From: Gemmatimonadota bacterium
Lineage (GTDB): Bacteria > Latescibacterota > UBA2968 > UBA8231
Assembly: GCA_038128265.1 (NCBI GenBank)
Contig: JAYPJE010000016.1
Span: forward strand, 13,650 to 77,649
Length of the DNA stretch: 64,000 bases
Reading direction: 5' to 3'
The position numbers were made by a program, and so were the translations under genes. Under the pieces are notes generated by a model, which saw nothing but the letters and a program-made list of their open reading frames with translations, was not told the origin of the DNA and made no database searches. Positions 19,875-29,747 of this stretch are shown here, one piece after another; positions within the stretch are counted from its first letter, which is position 1, and every line of letters starts with the position of its first letter.

Positions 19875-20813
19875 TCACAATGTGACCACGCCCTTAATAT
19901 AGCCGCCGATCTGTCCTCCCACTAAGCGCTGCATAAAATCGGGATACTCTTCCAGCGGCAGCACGTGCGTAACCAGCGACTCCAGATTAATCACGCCCTT
20001 ATCCAACAGGCGAATGGCCGGTGGAAAGGGATCGCGCAGCCGAGCGGAAGGGGCTGAGTTGACGATCGTCAGACCTTTGGTATGCCAGACACTGGGATTA
20101 AAATAGGCCCGCTCGCCTTTGATCCAGCCAAATAGATTGATCCGACCGCCACGCCGGGCGATATCGGCCGCCAAATCCAAACCCTGCTGCGAACCGCTCG
20201 TATCGACAACGACGTCTATATCGCGTGCTTTTAATGCCGCTTGCACCTCGTCAAAATTGGTCTCCGTCACGTCGTATATTTCGTCGGCTCCCATCTGTTT
20301 GGCCAGCTGCAGCCGATCCGCGTCGACGTCAAGAGCGACAATCTGCTCACAGCCCATGCCCGACAGCCCCTGCAGCATCATCAGGCCCATAAAACCGCAG
20401 CCGATCATAGCGAGCCGTTCGCCCACGCGCAGCTGGCACTGGTCGATTCCCGTCACCACGCAGGAAACAGGTTCGACAATCCAATAGGGATCTTCGAGGT
20501 CGGAAGGCGGAATGGCGTAGAGCTGAGAGGCACTGACGTTGCGCAGACGGGCAAATCCTCCACCCACGACGCGCTGACCCCGTTCTACGCCTTCGACGCC
20601 TGGCCCCAGCTTGCTCACATAGCCAACCCCTTCGTGACCGGGGGGCGCGGCAAACGGCGCGGCGCTTCCTGCCCTACAGGTTTGAATATCCCACGCGCAA
20701 ATACCACAGGCTGCCACCTCGATCTGCACCTGTCCCGGACCGGGATCGCCCACTTCTACGTCGATCAGCTCGACGCCGCCCTCTGCTCTATACTGCACGC
20801 TGCGCACTTTCAT
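19875..20813 (-). CDS. Zinc-binding (MDR) alcohol/sugar dehydrogenase
   Basis: CGICAWD, GHEGVG, GCGFMG Rossmann motif; AGGAGG RBS. Confidence 0.9.
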   Translation of the reverse strand: MKVRSVQYRAEGGVELIDVEVGDPGPGQVQIEVAACGICAWDIQTCRAGSAAPFAAPPGHEGVGYVSKLGPGVEGVERGQRVVGGGFARLRNVSASQLYAIPPSDLEDPYWIVEPVSCVVTGIDQCQLRVGERLAMIGCGFMGLMMLQGLSGMGCEQIVALDVDADRLQLAKQMGADEIYDVTETNFDEVQAALKARDIDVVVDTSGSQQGLDLAADIARRGGRINLFGWIKGERAYFNPSVWHTKGLTIVNSAPSARLRDPFPPAIRLLDKGVINLESLVTHVLPLEEYPDFMQRLVGGQIGGYIKGVVTL

Positions 20814-20895
20814 ATCGGCTCCTCCTGATCCAGCAGGCCCCTCAATGCCGAGGTAGACTAGGCACGGCGTTTCCTCCGTGCGGAACGAAAAATGG

Positions 20896-22779
20896 CTACG
20901 GGCGCCGGGTGCTACGGGTGCTGCGACGCGGCCGGCGCGCCGACTTGCCGTCGCTGCGGCGCGGCGAACCCAACAGTTTCTCCAGCAAATCGGGCCGTCT
21001 CAAGCGCTGCAATACCTGGCGAATCCAGGCCGCATTTTCACCCTTGTACCAGAAAAAGAAACGGTGCTGATCGCGCTTCTCGCGCTCGCTGCGCGCCGTC
21101 GGCACTTTTTTCAACGTATAGGGATCGTAGCCGGAATAGTACATCACGGTTGCCACCGTCATCGGCGTCGGCGTGAAGTCCTGTACCTGCTCGAGTTGGA
21201 AACCGGCATCCTTGGTCTTACAGGCCAGGTCGGCCATATCCTCTAGCTGCGACCCGGGATGGCTAGAAATAAAATAGGGAATCAGCTGCTGGCGCAGGCC
21301 CGCCTTTTTATTAAAGCGTTCAAATTTCTCTTTGAAGGCATCAAAGAAGGCGAACGACGGCTTGCGCATAAGCTTGAGCACGGCGTCCGACGTGTGCTCG
21401 GGCGCAATCTTTAGCCGTCCCGAAACGCGGTTTACTACGAGTTCCTCAATATACTCGTCGCAGCGATTGGCACGCTGCTCTTCATCCGAACCGCGCACTA
21501 GCATATCGTAGCGAATACCGCTAGATACAAAGGCCTTTTTTACCTGCGGGTGAGCCGAAGCGCTGCGATAAATATCGAGCAACGGCTGGTGGTCCATATC
21601 CAGGTTGTGGCAGATCGTCGGGTGTATGCACGAAGGGCTTACACAGCGATCGCAGATCGCCTGCACCTTGCCCTTCATCTTGTACATATTGCCCGATGGG
21701 CCGCCCAAATCGCTGATGTAGCCCTTGAAACCGGGCATCTGAGTAATCTGGTCGACTTCCTTCATAATGGACTGCTTGGAGCGGCTGGCGATCATCTTAC
21801 CCTGATGGGCGGAGATCGTGCAGAAGCTGCATCCGCCAAAGCATCCACGGTGCATATTGACGGAAAACTTGATCATCTCAAAGGCGGGAATGGCACCGCG
21901 CTTCTCGTATTTAGGATGCGGCAACCGCGTATAGGGCAAATCAAACGACGCGTCGATTTCCGTCTCGCGCATCGTTTGATACGGCGGGTTGACCACCAGC
22001 AGCTGATTCCCCACTCGCTGCAGCAGACGGCGGCCAAACTGCTTGTTCGACTCCTGCTCTATATACTTAAAGTTACGGGCAAAAGCCTTCTTATCGCGCA
22101 CGCACTGCTCGTGCGAGGCCAGCTCAAAGCTATCCCAGTTCTTGTTTTTGGGCAGCGCCTCGTCGACCGGCTGCAAAAATGCCGTTTGCGGAATCGTACG
22201 CAGCGATTCAAAGGGAACGCCGCGGTTGAGCAAGCGCAGCATTTCGCGCAGCGGCTGTTCGCCCATGCCGTAGACGAGCAGATCGGCGCCGCTATCGGCT
22301 AGAATAGAGGGTTTGAGCGCATCTGACCAGTAATCGTAGTGCGTCACCCGGCGCAGCGAGCCTTCAATGCCGCCGATGACGACGGGGGTATCTGGATAGA
22401 GCTTCTTGAGAGTTTGTGCGTAAACCGTCGCGGCATAGTCGGGGCGAAAGCCAGCCTGACCGCCCGGCGTATACGCATCGGTCGAACGCTTTCTCTTGGC
22501 CGCCGTATAGTGATTGACCATCGGATCCATGCAGCCAGAAGAAATGCCAAAAAACAGCCGTGGCACCCCCAATTTTTTAAAGTCGCGCAGGTCGTCGCGC
22601 CAGTTGGGCTGCGGCACGATGGCGACGCGAAATCCCTCCGACTCGACGATGCGCGCAATGACCGCATGGCCAAAGGCCGGATGGTCGACATAGGCATCGC
22701 CGGCAATAATGATGACATCCAGCTCATCCCATCCGCGCGCTTCGACTTCTTTTTTGGTCGTGGGCAAAAACTCGTTCAT
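20896..22779 (-). CDS. ygiQ: YgiQ-family radical SAM protein
   Basis: GDAYVDHP.FG, RGCFGGCSFC, DLGGP, APEH, YFISSHPG, QVQDFTPTP. Confidence 0.92.
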   Translation of the reverse strand: MNEFLPTTKKEVEARGWDELDVIIIAGDAYVDHPAFGHAVIARIVESEGFRVAIVPQPNWRDDLRDFKKLGVPRLFFGISSGCMDPMVNHYTAAKRKRSTDAYTPGGQAGFRPDYAATVYAQTLKKLYPDTPVVIGGIEGSLRRVTHYDYWSDALKPSILADSGADLLVYGMGEQPLREMLRLLNRGVPFESLRTIPQTAFLQPVDEALPKNKNWDSFELASHEQCVRDKKAFARNFKYIEQESNKQFGRRLLQRVGNQLLVVNPPYQTMRETEIDASFDLPYTRLPHPKYEKRGAIPAFEMIKFSVNMHRGCFGGCSFCTISAHQGKMIASRSKQSIMKEVDQITQMPGFKGYISDLGGPSGNMYKMKGKVQAICDRCVSPSCIHPTICHNLDMDHQPLLDIYRSASAHPQVKKAFVSSGIRYDMLVRGSDEEQRANRCDEYIEELVVNRVSGRLKIAPEHTSDAVLKLMRKPSFAFFDAFKEKFERFNKKAGLRQQLIPYFISSHPGSQLEDMADLACKTKDAGFQLEQVQDFTPTPMTVATVMYYSGYDPYTLKKVPTARSEREKRDQHRFFFWYKGENAAWIRQVLQRLRRPDLLEKLLGSPRRSDGKSARRPRRSTRSTRRP

Positions 22780-23015
22780 AGAAGCACCTCCACACTCCGT
22801 GCTCTATAAAAGTATGCATTGCATGCCATAAGTAAACCGCGCCTCCCTCTTGCCATCGATCCCACCATTGCTTGCATTGTACGTGCGATCGCTGCGCTCG
22901 GCCACTCTTCGCAGTGAAAGCCCGGCAGGGTGAGCCCTTGCCTGCAGTAGGTATATCGAGGTTTTACGGCTGAGATGCACCGGACATTGAGTCAATTATT
23001 ACTAGAGATAGGAGA

Positions 23016-23957
23016 ATGGACGTGGAAAAGATTGCGCTAGGGCGCGCGGGGTTTGCCGTTTCGCGGATGGGCATCGGCGGTGGCGGTCCCAGCCAGTTGG
23101 GACGACGAACGGGCAAGAGCATCGACGAGTCAGCGGACATACTGCGCCAAGCCTTTGACGCGGGAGTCAACTTTGTCGACACCTCTGAAGACTACGGCAC
23201 CGAACCCATCATTGCCCGCGCGCTGTCCTCGCGTGCGCGCGACTCGATCGTAATCTCTACCAAAAAGTCGACGCGCCATCAGCAGGTAACGCCACAGGCG
23301 GTGCGCGAGAGTATAGAGCAGAGCCTGCGCCAGCTCGATACCGATTACATAGACCTCTACAATCTGCACGGCGTCGTGCCGCAGGACTACGACTACCTAG
23401 CCCAGGATATACACCCGGAGCTGGTAAAGGCGCGCGAGGCTGGTAAGATTCGCAGCATGGGCATTACCGAGATGTTCAACGAAGACATGGGACACGAAAC
23501 GATGGTGCGCGCAGCACGCGACGGCCTATGGGACGTGCTGATGGTCGGATTTAACCTGCTCAACCAGACGGCGCGCGCGCGCGTCTTCGCCGAGGCACGC
23601 AAAAACGACATCGGCATACAGGTCATGTTCGCCGTGCGCAAGGCGCTGCGCTCTCCCGACGACCTGCGCCCTTTTGTAGTCGACCTAATCGAACGCGGCC
23701 AACTCGATCCGAGCGAGATCCATGCCGATCGCCCGCTGGACTTTCTGCTCGAATCCGGACTGGCCGAATCACTAACGGACGCGTCCTACCGCTTTTGCCG
23801 CGACGAGCCCGGTGTGCACGTCGTGCTATCGGGGACGGGCAACCCCGACCATCTAGCGCAAAACATGCGCTCTTTTGAGCGGCCACCTCTACCCGCCGAC
23901 ACGACCGAACGCCTGCGCCACATTTTTCGCCACGTCGACTCGACGACGGGTCAGTAG
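23016..23957 (+). CDS. Aldo/keto reductase
   Basis: FVDTSEDYG, SLRQLDTDYIDLYNLH, GKIR; AGGAG RBS. Confidence 0.9.
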   Translation: MDVEKIALGRAGFAVSRMGIGGGGPSQLGRRTGKSIDESADILRQAFDAGVNFVDTSEDYGTEPIIARALSSRARDSIVISTKKSTRHQQVTPQAVRESIEQSLRQLDTDYIDLYNLHGVVPQDYDYLAQDIHPELVKAREAGKIRSMGITEMFNEDMGHETMVRAARDGLWDVLMVGFNLLNQTARARVFAEARKNDIGIQVMFAVRKALRSPDDLRPFVVDLIERGQLDPSEIHADRPLDFLLESGLAESLTDASYRFCRDEPGVHVVLSGTGNPDHLAQNMRSFERPPLPADTTERLRHIFRHVDSTTGQ

Positions 23958-24006
23958 CAAACACGGCAAAATGCCGCGAAGCAACGGCCCTGCAGAGCCG
24001 CCGTGT

Positions 24007-25068
24007 TTATTTGCCCTCCGCTACCGACTGCACCGCCTGCAGCATGGCTTTGATGTAGCCAAATTGATAGGCAAAAGCCTGCTCGTGATGGCCAGGCGCA
24101 TCGTGTGCCGGCGCGTGATCGGGCACCACCATATGCGGATAGCCTACCTCCCACAGCGTTTTCATAAGCTCGTACATATCCATCACGCCTTCGTCCGGAT
24201 AGACTTCTTGAAACTTACAGCGCCCACCAAAAATATTGCGAAAATGGATCAGGTGTATTTTTTTGCGCTCTCCGAAGTAGCGCAAAATATCCGGCACGTC
24301 CGTCGCCGGATTTTCGACACTTTCGGCCATACAGCCCAAACATAGGTTGAGTCCGTGATAGGGGCTGGGACAAATATCGATAAAGTGCTTGAATCCCTCG
24401 GCCCCGCCCAATACGCGATCGACGCCTTTAAAGCCGGGCGGCAGCCAGGGGTCGCACGGATGGCAGGCCAGACGCACCTGAGCTTTTTCAGCTACGGGCA
24501 CTACCCGCTCTAGAAAAAACGCGATGCGCTCCCAGTTTTGCTCAGCGCTGACGGGCTCGTCGTAGCGCGGGGTTGCTGCGTCGGCTTCGTCCAAGTCAAA
24601 AGTCGAGTAGCGCACGCCGCCGCGCCCGAGCGGCACGCTCTCCGTGCGCTGGTTCTCCATTTCGCAGAGAAAGTACTTGAGTGCGGGAATACCGGCCTCT
24701 CCCGCCGCGCGCACCATCTTACAGGCAATCTCAATCTCTTCTTCGCCCTTGCTAAAATCACCGCGCATAAACGCCGGTATGTAGGAACCATCTTCATTGA
24801 TACTCTGCAAGGGCAGAGCGACCATCTCCAACTCGATGTCGTACTCGGCGCACTTGGCCTTTTGCGCGGCCAACCACTCTACATCCCAACCGATTTCACG
24901 GTCCACCGGCATGCGGTTGATCGCCATATTAGACACGCCGTGGCGGTTGAGAAAATTGAGATCTTCGTCCGAATTAGTGAAGCGCTGCGTGCCGATGTGC
25001 ATCTTAGGCTGTCCCGGCTGCCACAGGCTGTGCGGATCGTTCATGCCGATCGGTTTTCCATTGCTCAT
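24007..25068 (-). CDS. uxuA: Mannonate dehydratase (UxuA family)
   Basis: FLERVVPVAE, LACHPCDP, NLCLGC, IHFRN, PDHAP, GYIKAM. Confidence 0.8.
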   Translation of the reverse strand: MSNGKPIGMNDPHSLWQPGQPKMHIGTQRFTNSDEDLNFLNRHGVSNMAINRMPVDREIGWDVEWLAAQKAKCAEYDIELEMVALPLQSINEDGSYIPAFMRGDFSKGEEEIEIACKMVRAAGEAGIPALKYFLCEMENQRTESVPLGRGGVRYSTFDLDEADAATPRYDEPVSAEQNWERIAFFLERVVPVAEKAQVRLACHPCDPWLPPGFKGVDRVLGGAEGFKHFIDICPSPYHGLNLCLGCMAESVENPATDVPDILRYFGERKKIHLIHFRNIFGGRCKFQEVYPDEGVMDMYELMKTLWEVGYPHMVVPDHAPAHDAPGHHEQAFAYQFGYIKAMLQAVQSVAEGK

Positions 25069-25203
25069 ATCCAGCTCCCATAGGCTACGTATGCGATGCG
25101 ACAGATTGCGGTAAACCTAGGGTACGATTGGAGCGCGGTCCACTCGATTTTGCCTCGGCGCCAGAGCCAAAACGACGGGGAGCGCGACGGGGGCGAAAGG
25201 CCC

Positions 25204-26508
25204 CTAACCGGCGCGGCGGTACGATGCGGCGAGTAGGATATCGCGCCCGCGCCGCGTGCTGATACGCGGCTTGAGCTGCATGAGCAGAGCGTAGAGCCCA
25301 AAGAGCAGACGGTTGACGAAGATAAAGTGCTTGGAGGCGCGGATATCGCGCCACTGCATAGAGGCGCGAATGTATTCGTTGAGCTGACGGCGAAACTCGG
25401 GATCGCCAAAGTCAAAACAATCGCTCGTATACGGAGTGAGGACAAAGCGGCCAAACTCCCGCAAAAAAGCGTAGAGTTCGTCCTGCGGCTCAGACGAGCG
25501 CTCGTCGAGAATACCCACTTCGCGATAGCAGGAGCGAATGGCGTCGGCGTCGTCTTCGACGTGGGCGGCCAGCATATAGACGCACGTGTCGAGGAAGTCG
25601 CGCGGGAATTCCTTAATGCAGCCAAAGTCGATAATGCCGAGACGATCGTCTTCGCGAAAAAGAAAGTTTCCCGGATGAATATCGGCGTGAAAAGAGTAAA
25701 TACCGCGCTCCACTTGGTCGTGGATAAAGTCCCACAGCAGCTGACCAAAGTGATCTATGCGCTGCTGGTCGGGCTGGCCAGCGAGAAACTCACCGAGGTG
25801 CACGCCCCCTACATAGGTCATTGTCAGCACGCGTTCGCTGCTCAACTCCGGCAGCCACTGCGGCATGACAACCCGCTCGTCGCCGTCATACAGGCCGCCA
25901 AACGATTCGATCTGCCGCCCCTCGTTAAGGTAGTCGGTTTCTTCGAGCAGTTTGTCTCGTATTTCCGTGAAGTAAACGTCTATATCCTCGCCCTTGAACA
26001 GCGGACGAAACAGCGTGCGCGCCATAGCAAGGTCGGAACTGATTGTATCGCGCACGTTGGGATACTGGAGCTTAACGGCCAGTTCCCGCCCGTCCTGCCC
26101 CTGCGCCCTATGCACTTGACCGATGGATGCGGCGGCAACCGCCTCGTCGTCAAAGCGCGCAAAAAGCGCCTCGGGAGCAGCTTTCAACTCGCGGCGAATT
26201 TGCGTGCGCACTAGCGCGCGGCTCATTGGTGGAACGCGGTACTGGGCGTCGGCCATCACTTCGATAAATTCGTCGGGCAGCACGCCGGTATCCATGCTCA
26301 GCGACTGCGCCAGCTTTAGTGCCGTGCCGCGCAGGCGCGTGAAATCTTTGAATACTTGAGTAGCATTTTCGCGATTGAGCTGGCTCCGCGACGGCTCGCT
26401 TCCCGCCGATCGGCGCGCGTAATAACGAGCGTAGTTCTTGCCCACCTTGAGACCGGTCGCGGCCAGTATCTTCCCGCGCTGCAGTTTACCAGAGGGAAAT
26501 TCGCTCAT
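25204..26508 (-). CDS. ABC1/UbiB-family atypical kinase
   Basis: LKLAQ, AAASIGQVH, AVKLQYP, HADIHPGNF, IDFG; ATGA overlap with the TetR gene. Confidence 0.92.
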   Translation of the reverse strand: MSEFPSGKLQRGKILAATGLKVGKNYARYYARRSAGSEPSRSQLNRENATQVFKDFTRLRGTALKLAQSLSMDTGVLPDEFIEVMADAQYRVPPMSRALVRTQIRRELKAAPEALFARFDDEAVAAASIGQVHRAQGQDGRELAVKLQYPNVRDTISSDLAMARTLFRPLFKGEDIDVYFTEIRDKLLEETDYLNEGRQIESFGGLYDGDERVVMPQWLPELSSERVLTMTYVGGVHLGEFLAGQPDQQRIDHFGQLLWDFIHDQVERGIYSFHADIHPGNFLFREDDRLGIIDFGCIKEFPRDFLDTCVYMLAAHVEDDADAIRSCYREVGILDERSSEPQDELYAFLREFGRFVLTPYTSDCFDFGDPEFRRQLNEYIRASMQWRDIRASKHFIFVNRLLFGLYALLMQLKPRISTRRGRDILLAASYRRAG

Positions 26509-27173
26509 CGCACCCACTGCAGCGCCTTGCCCAAGAGTGCGTTGCCGAAGGGCAGCTTGATCACGTTGTTGGCCATCAGGTATTTGAGTAAGTCTCCGCC
26601 GGCGTATATCAGCTCGCGCGAACGCAGCGCCTGTCCAATAAAGGCCACGATCTTATCAACCAATGCCGTAGTGCGCTCGCCATCGATGCTGTCGTCTGCC
26701 ACCCAAAAACGCACCAGGTGTATGTACTCCTTCGCAAAAAAAGCAGCCAGCTGTGTTGGCGCACAGGTATCGGACAGCATCTCGGCAAATAGCGCCTCAA
26801 CTTCGCGCTGAAACTGCGTGGCGCCCGTAGATCGAAAAATCTCGCTGACAAAGTGCTCTTCGACAAACTCGCGCTGCTCCTGCAGCATGTCGAACATGGC
26901 ATAGGCGAAGTTGGCCAACTTTTCCTCGGCAGGCCAGTCTGCGTAATCGGGGACCTCGTCGATCATAGCCCGGTAGCGCAGCACGCAGAGCGGATAGTAG
27001 TACTTCAGTATCCCGCTGCGCGAGTGGAAGAGGCGAATGATGTCGACCTTTTTAACGCGAGTCTTGCGCGCCAGGTTAGCCGTGGTAAAGTTGGCGCGAT
27101 CATCTACGTACAACTCTATAGCCGCTTCGACGATTTTTTGCTTTTGGGCTAGGTCCCTATCCGTGCCCGACAT
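26505..27173 (-). CDS. TetR-like transcriptional regulator
   Basis: N-terminal KIVEAAIELY..T..LA HTH-like segment; C-terminal FW..DDS...E.T.ALVDK; coupled to the ABC1 kinase gene. Confidence 0.65.
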   Translation of the reverse strand: MSGTDRDLAQKQKIVEAAIELYVDDRANFTTANLARKTRVKKVDIIRLFHSRSGILKYYYPLCVLRYRAMIDEVPDYADWPAEEKLANFAYAMFDMLQEQREFVEEHFVSEIFRSTGATQFQREVEALFAEMLSDTCAPTQLAAFFAKEYIHLVRFWVADDSIDGERTTALVDKIVAFIGQALRSRELIYAGGDLLKYLMANNVIKLPFGNALLGKALQWVR

Positions 27174-27466
27174 GCCTCAACGCTCACTTTCTTTACAGTA
27201 AAAGCAGATGGTTTTGACTGTGACTTCTCCCTGGGAAGAAGATTTCCAAGAGTGGTCAAAATGCAAGAAGCAACGGAAAAAAAAGACGCTCTGCACGGGG
27301 ACCACACGGCGCAGCATGCGAAACGGCTATGTAAAGGGAGATTGTACGGCAGCAAAAAACGGCAGAGAGAATTAAGGCGCCCGCCCGAACGGACAAAAAA
27401 AGACGCACCGTAGGCCCGTAGAAGCACACCAGTGCGCGTGCTGCGCCCATACTACCCGGCCACTGC

Positions 27467-27871
27467 CTAATTCAAATCGTAGTGTTTCTTGCAGTAGCCA
27501 CGCGCAAAATGCCTACCCTGGCACTCGTCGACTGTGCAGGACGTGCGCCCGTAGACCCTCTCGCGCTCCGGCGTAAGTCGCCCATGACGACGCAGCTGCT
27601 GATAGTGGCGCGGACAGTAGCCCTTGGCAACGGGCGTGGCCTTGCAGCCGTTTGCCCTACACGCACAGGATGCGTCGCTGCGGCTGGTTTCGTACTCCGA
27701 CTCCGGCGTAAGCCGACCGTGGCGACGCAGCTGCTGGTAATGGCGCGGACAGTAGCCGGCGGTGCGCGCCGTCTGCGAACACGACGGCGCCTGACACCGC
27801 TCTTTGAGCGGGCCATACCGCCCGTTTTCCTGCCGATGATCGCGCATTAAGTCCGACATATACACGTCCAA
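27467..27871 (-). CDS. Small protein with three C-x4-C-x9-C-x2-H putative zinc fingers
   Basis: GYCPRHYQQLRRHGRLTPE twice, plus GYCKKHY. Confidence 0.75.
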   Translation of the reverse strand: MDVYMSDLMRDHRQENGRYGPLKERCQAPSCSQTARTAGYCPRHYQQLRRHGRLTPESEYETSRSDASCACRANGCKATPVAKGYCPRHYQQLRRHGRLTPERERVYGRTSCTVDECQGRHFARGYCKKHYDLN

Positions 27872-27894
27872 TTACCCACTTACTGCCGACCGGT

Positions 27895-28806
27895 CTACCC
27901 CTTGACGGCGCCCAGCTGAATGCCGCTTATAAACCATCGCTGGCAAAGCACGAATACGATGATCATAGGTATCAACATTAAGACGGAGCCCGCGCAGATA
28001 AGGCCGTAGTCGTTGTTATACAAATCCGATAGCTTGGCCAAACCAACGGGCAAGACCATCATCGAGTCGGAATCCGTCATGATTAGCGGCCATACAAAAG
28101 AGCGCCAGTTGCCCAGGAAGGTAAAAATGGCCAGCGCACCTAGGGCCGGTTTGGCCAGCGGCAGCACGACGTGCCAGAAAACGCCCCACGTCGAGCAGCC
28201 GTCAATATAGGCCGCCTCTTCGATTTCACGCGAAACGCCGAGCAGAAACTGGCGCAGCATAAACGTGCCGTAGGCGCTAAAGCACCCCGGTGCAATCAGG
28301 GCAAAGTAGCTGTCCAAACCGACCGGATGACCAATGTACTGGCTTCCAAAATAGAGAAAGCCACTAAAAAAGTTTGTGTCGCCAAAGGCGTTCAGCCACA
28401 GCGGAATTTTCTTCATCAATACAAATTGGGGAATCATCAGCACGTCGGAGGGAATCATCATTGTCGCTAGATACCCCAGAAAAATCACGTCGCGGCCGCG
28501 AAACTGCAGGCGCGCAAATGCGTACGCCGCCAGCGCGCTAGTGGAGACCTGCACGGCCGTAACCGTGCTGGCGATAAACAGCGAGTTGGCATAGTAGCGC
28601 GCAAAGGCAAATGCCTCTACGACGCCCGTGTAATTGTCCGAGGTCCAGCGCGGCGGAATCCAGCCCAGGGTCACGTCGACGTTATACTTAAACGATGTGA
28701 GTAGAGTCCACACCAGCGGCACGGTCATAAGACACATTAGGACGACGAGCGCGCCGTAAATAGCGCCCATCTGCCAGCGTGCCTGCGCAGATATAGCCGA
28801 CATCAA
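27895..28806 (-). CDS. Carbohydrate ABC transporter permease (MalG-like)
   Basis: NSL, AAYAFARL.F.GR, EAA motif EEAAYIDG. Confidence 0.95.
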   Translation of the reverse strand: MMSAISAQARWQMGAIYGALVVLMCLMTVPLVWTLLTSFKYNVDVTLGWIPPRWTSDNYTGVVEAFAFARYYANSLFIASTVTAVQVSTSALAAYAFARLQFRGRDVIFLGYLATMMIPSDVLMIPQFVLMKKIPLWLNAFGDTNFFSGFLYFGSQYIGHPVGLDSYFALIAPGCFSAYGTFMLRQFLLGVSREIEEAAYIDGCSTWGVFWHVVLPLAKPALGALAIFTFLGNWRSFVWPLIMTDSDSMMVLPVGLAKLSDLYNNDYGLICAGSVLMLIPMIIVFVLCQRWFISGIQLGAVKG

Positions 28807-29747
28807 GACGTCTCCAATCGACTGCCGCCGTAGCGCCAGTTGATTAGCGTAGCAACAAAGATGAGGGCGAAGAGCACCATGGAGATAGTCGCCGCATAGC
28901 CAACTTCTAGCTGCTGATACGCTTGCGTGTAGATGTAGTAGCTAATCGTCGTCGTCGAGCCACCCGGTCCCCCACCCGTCATGATATAAGCCGCTTCGAA
29001 TCCCCCCTGCAAACCGCCGATCACGCTGGTGACAAAGATAAAAAACGTAGTCGGTGCCAGCTGTGGAATCGTTATGTAGCGCAGCTTCATCCAGCCGTTG
29101 GCTCCGTCGATATCGGCTGCCTCATACAGCTCAGGAGGAATGTTCTGCAAGCCGGCCAGATAGAGAATCATGCTAAACCCACCGGCACTCGCCCACACGA
29201 AAACGATAATCAGCGCCGGCTTAGCCCAGCGCTCGTCGATTAACCATCCGGGCAACAGCGCCGCAGCATCGGCACCCGTGATGCCAAAAATGTGGTATAA
29301 CTTCCAAAGAAATCCATTTATGATACCGACGTTGGGCTCATAGGTAAGCAGCATCGTCCACACCATGTAAATGGCAATGCCGCTACACAGATGCGGTATG
29401 AAAAACAGGGTGCGGAACACGACGCGACCGCGTATCTCGCGGTTTAGCAGCACGGCCAGCAGCAGCGCACAGATCATGGAGAGCGGAATGTTGAGCATGA
29501 GAAACAGCGTGTTGGCCAAGTACTGCCAGAAATACGGATCGCGCGCCTGCCACGCGCCATCGACGCTATCAAACCACAGCAGGTCAGCAAAATTGCCCAG
29601 CCCGACAAACGATGGCGTGCCGGTGGCCAGCTGGTAGCGATAGAGGCTCATACCGGCAGCCACGAGAACGGGGCCCAGCGTGAAGATGACAAAGCCCAGT
29701 AGATTGGGCAGTAAAAAAAGAACCGCCGCACGCCCCTGCCGCTTCAT
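28803..29747 (-). CDS. Carbohydrate ABC transporter permease (MalF-like)
   Basis: FVGLGNF, LAGLQNIP.ELYEAADIDGA; start at MKRQG overlaps the SBP stop. Confidence 0.95.
   Translation of the reverse strand: MKRQGRAAVLFLLPNLLGFVIFTLGPVLVAAGMSLYRYQLATGTPSFVGLGNFADLLWFDSVDGAWQARDPYFWQYLANTLFLMLNIPLSMICALLLAVLLNREIRGRVVFRTLFFIPHLCSGIAIYMVWTMLLTYEPNVGIINGFLWKLYHIFGITGADAAALLPGWLIDERWAKPALIIVFVWASAGGFSMILYLAGLQNIPPELYEAADIDGANGWMKLRYITIPQLAPTTFFIFVTSVIGGLQGGFEAAYIMTGGGPGGSTTTISYYIYTQAYQQLEVGYAATISMVLFALIFVATLINWRYGGSRLETS

Noticed and set aside
22780..23015. Possible riboswitch or ncRNA in the divergent gap
   Set aside because: Only a short hairpin; no recognisable conserved aptamer.
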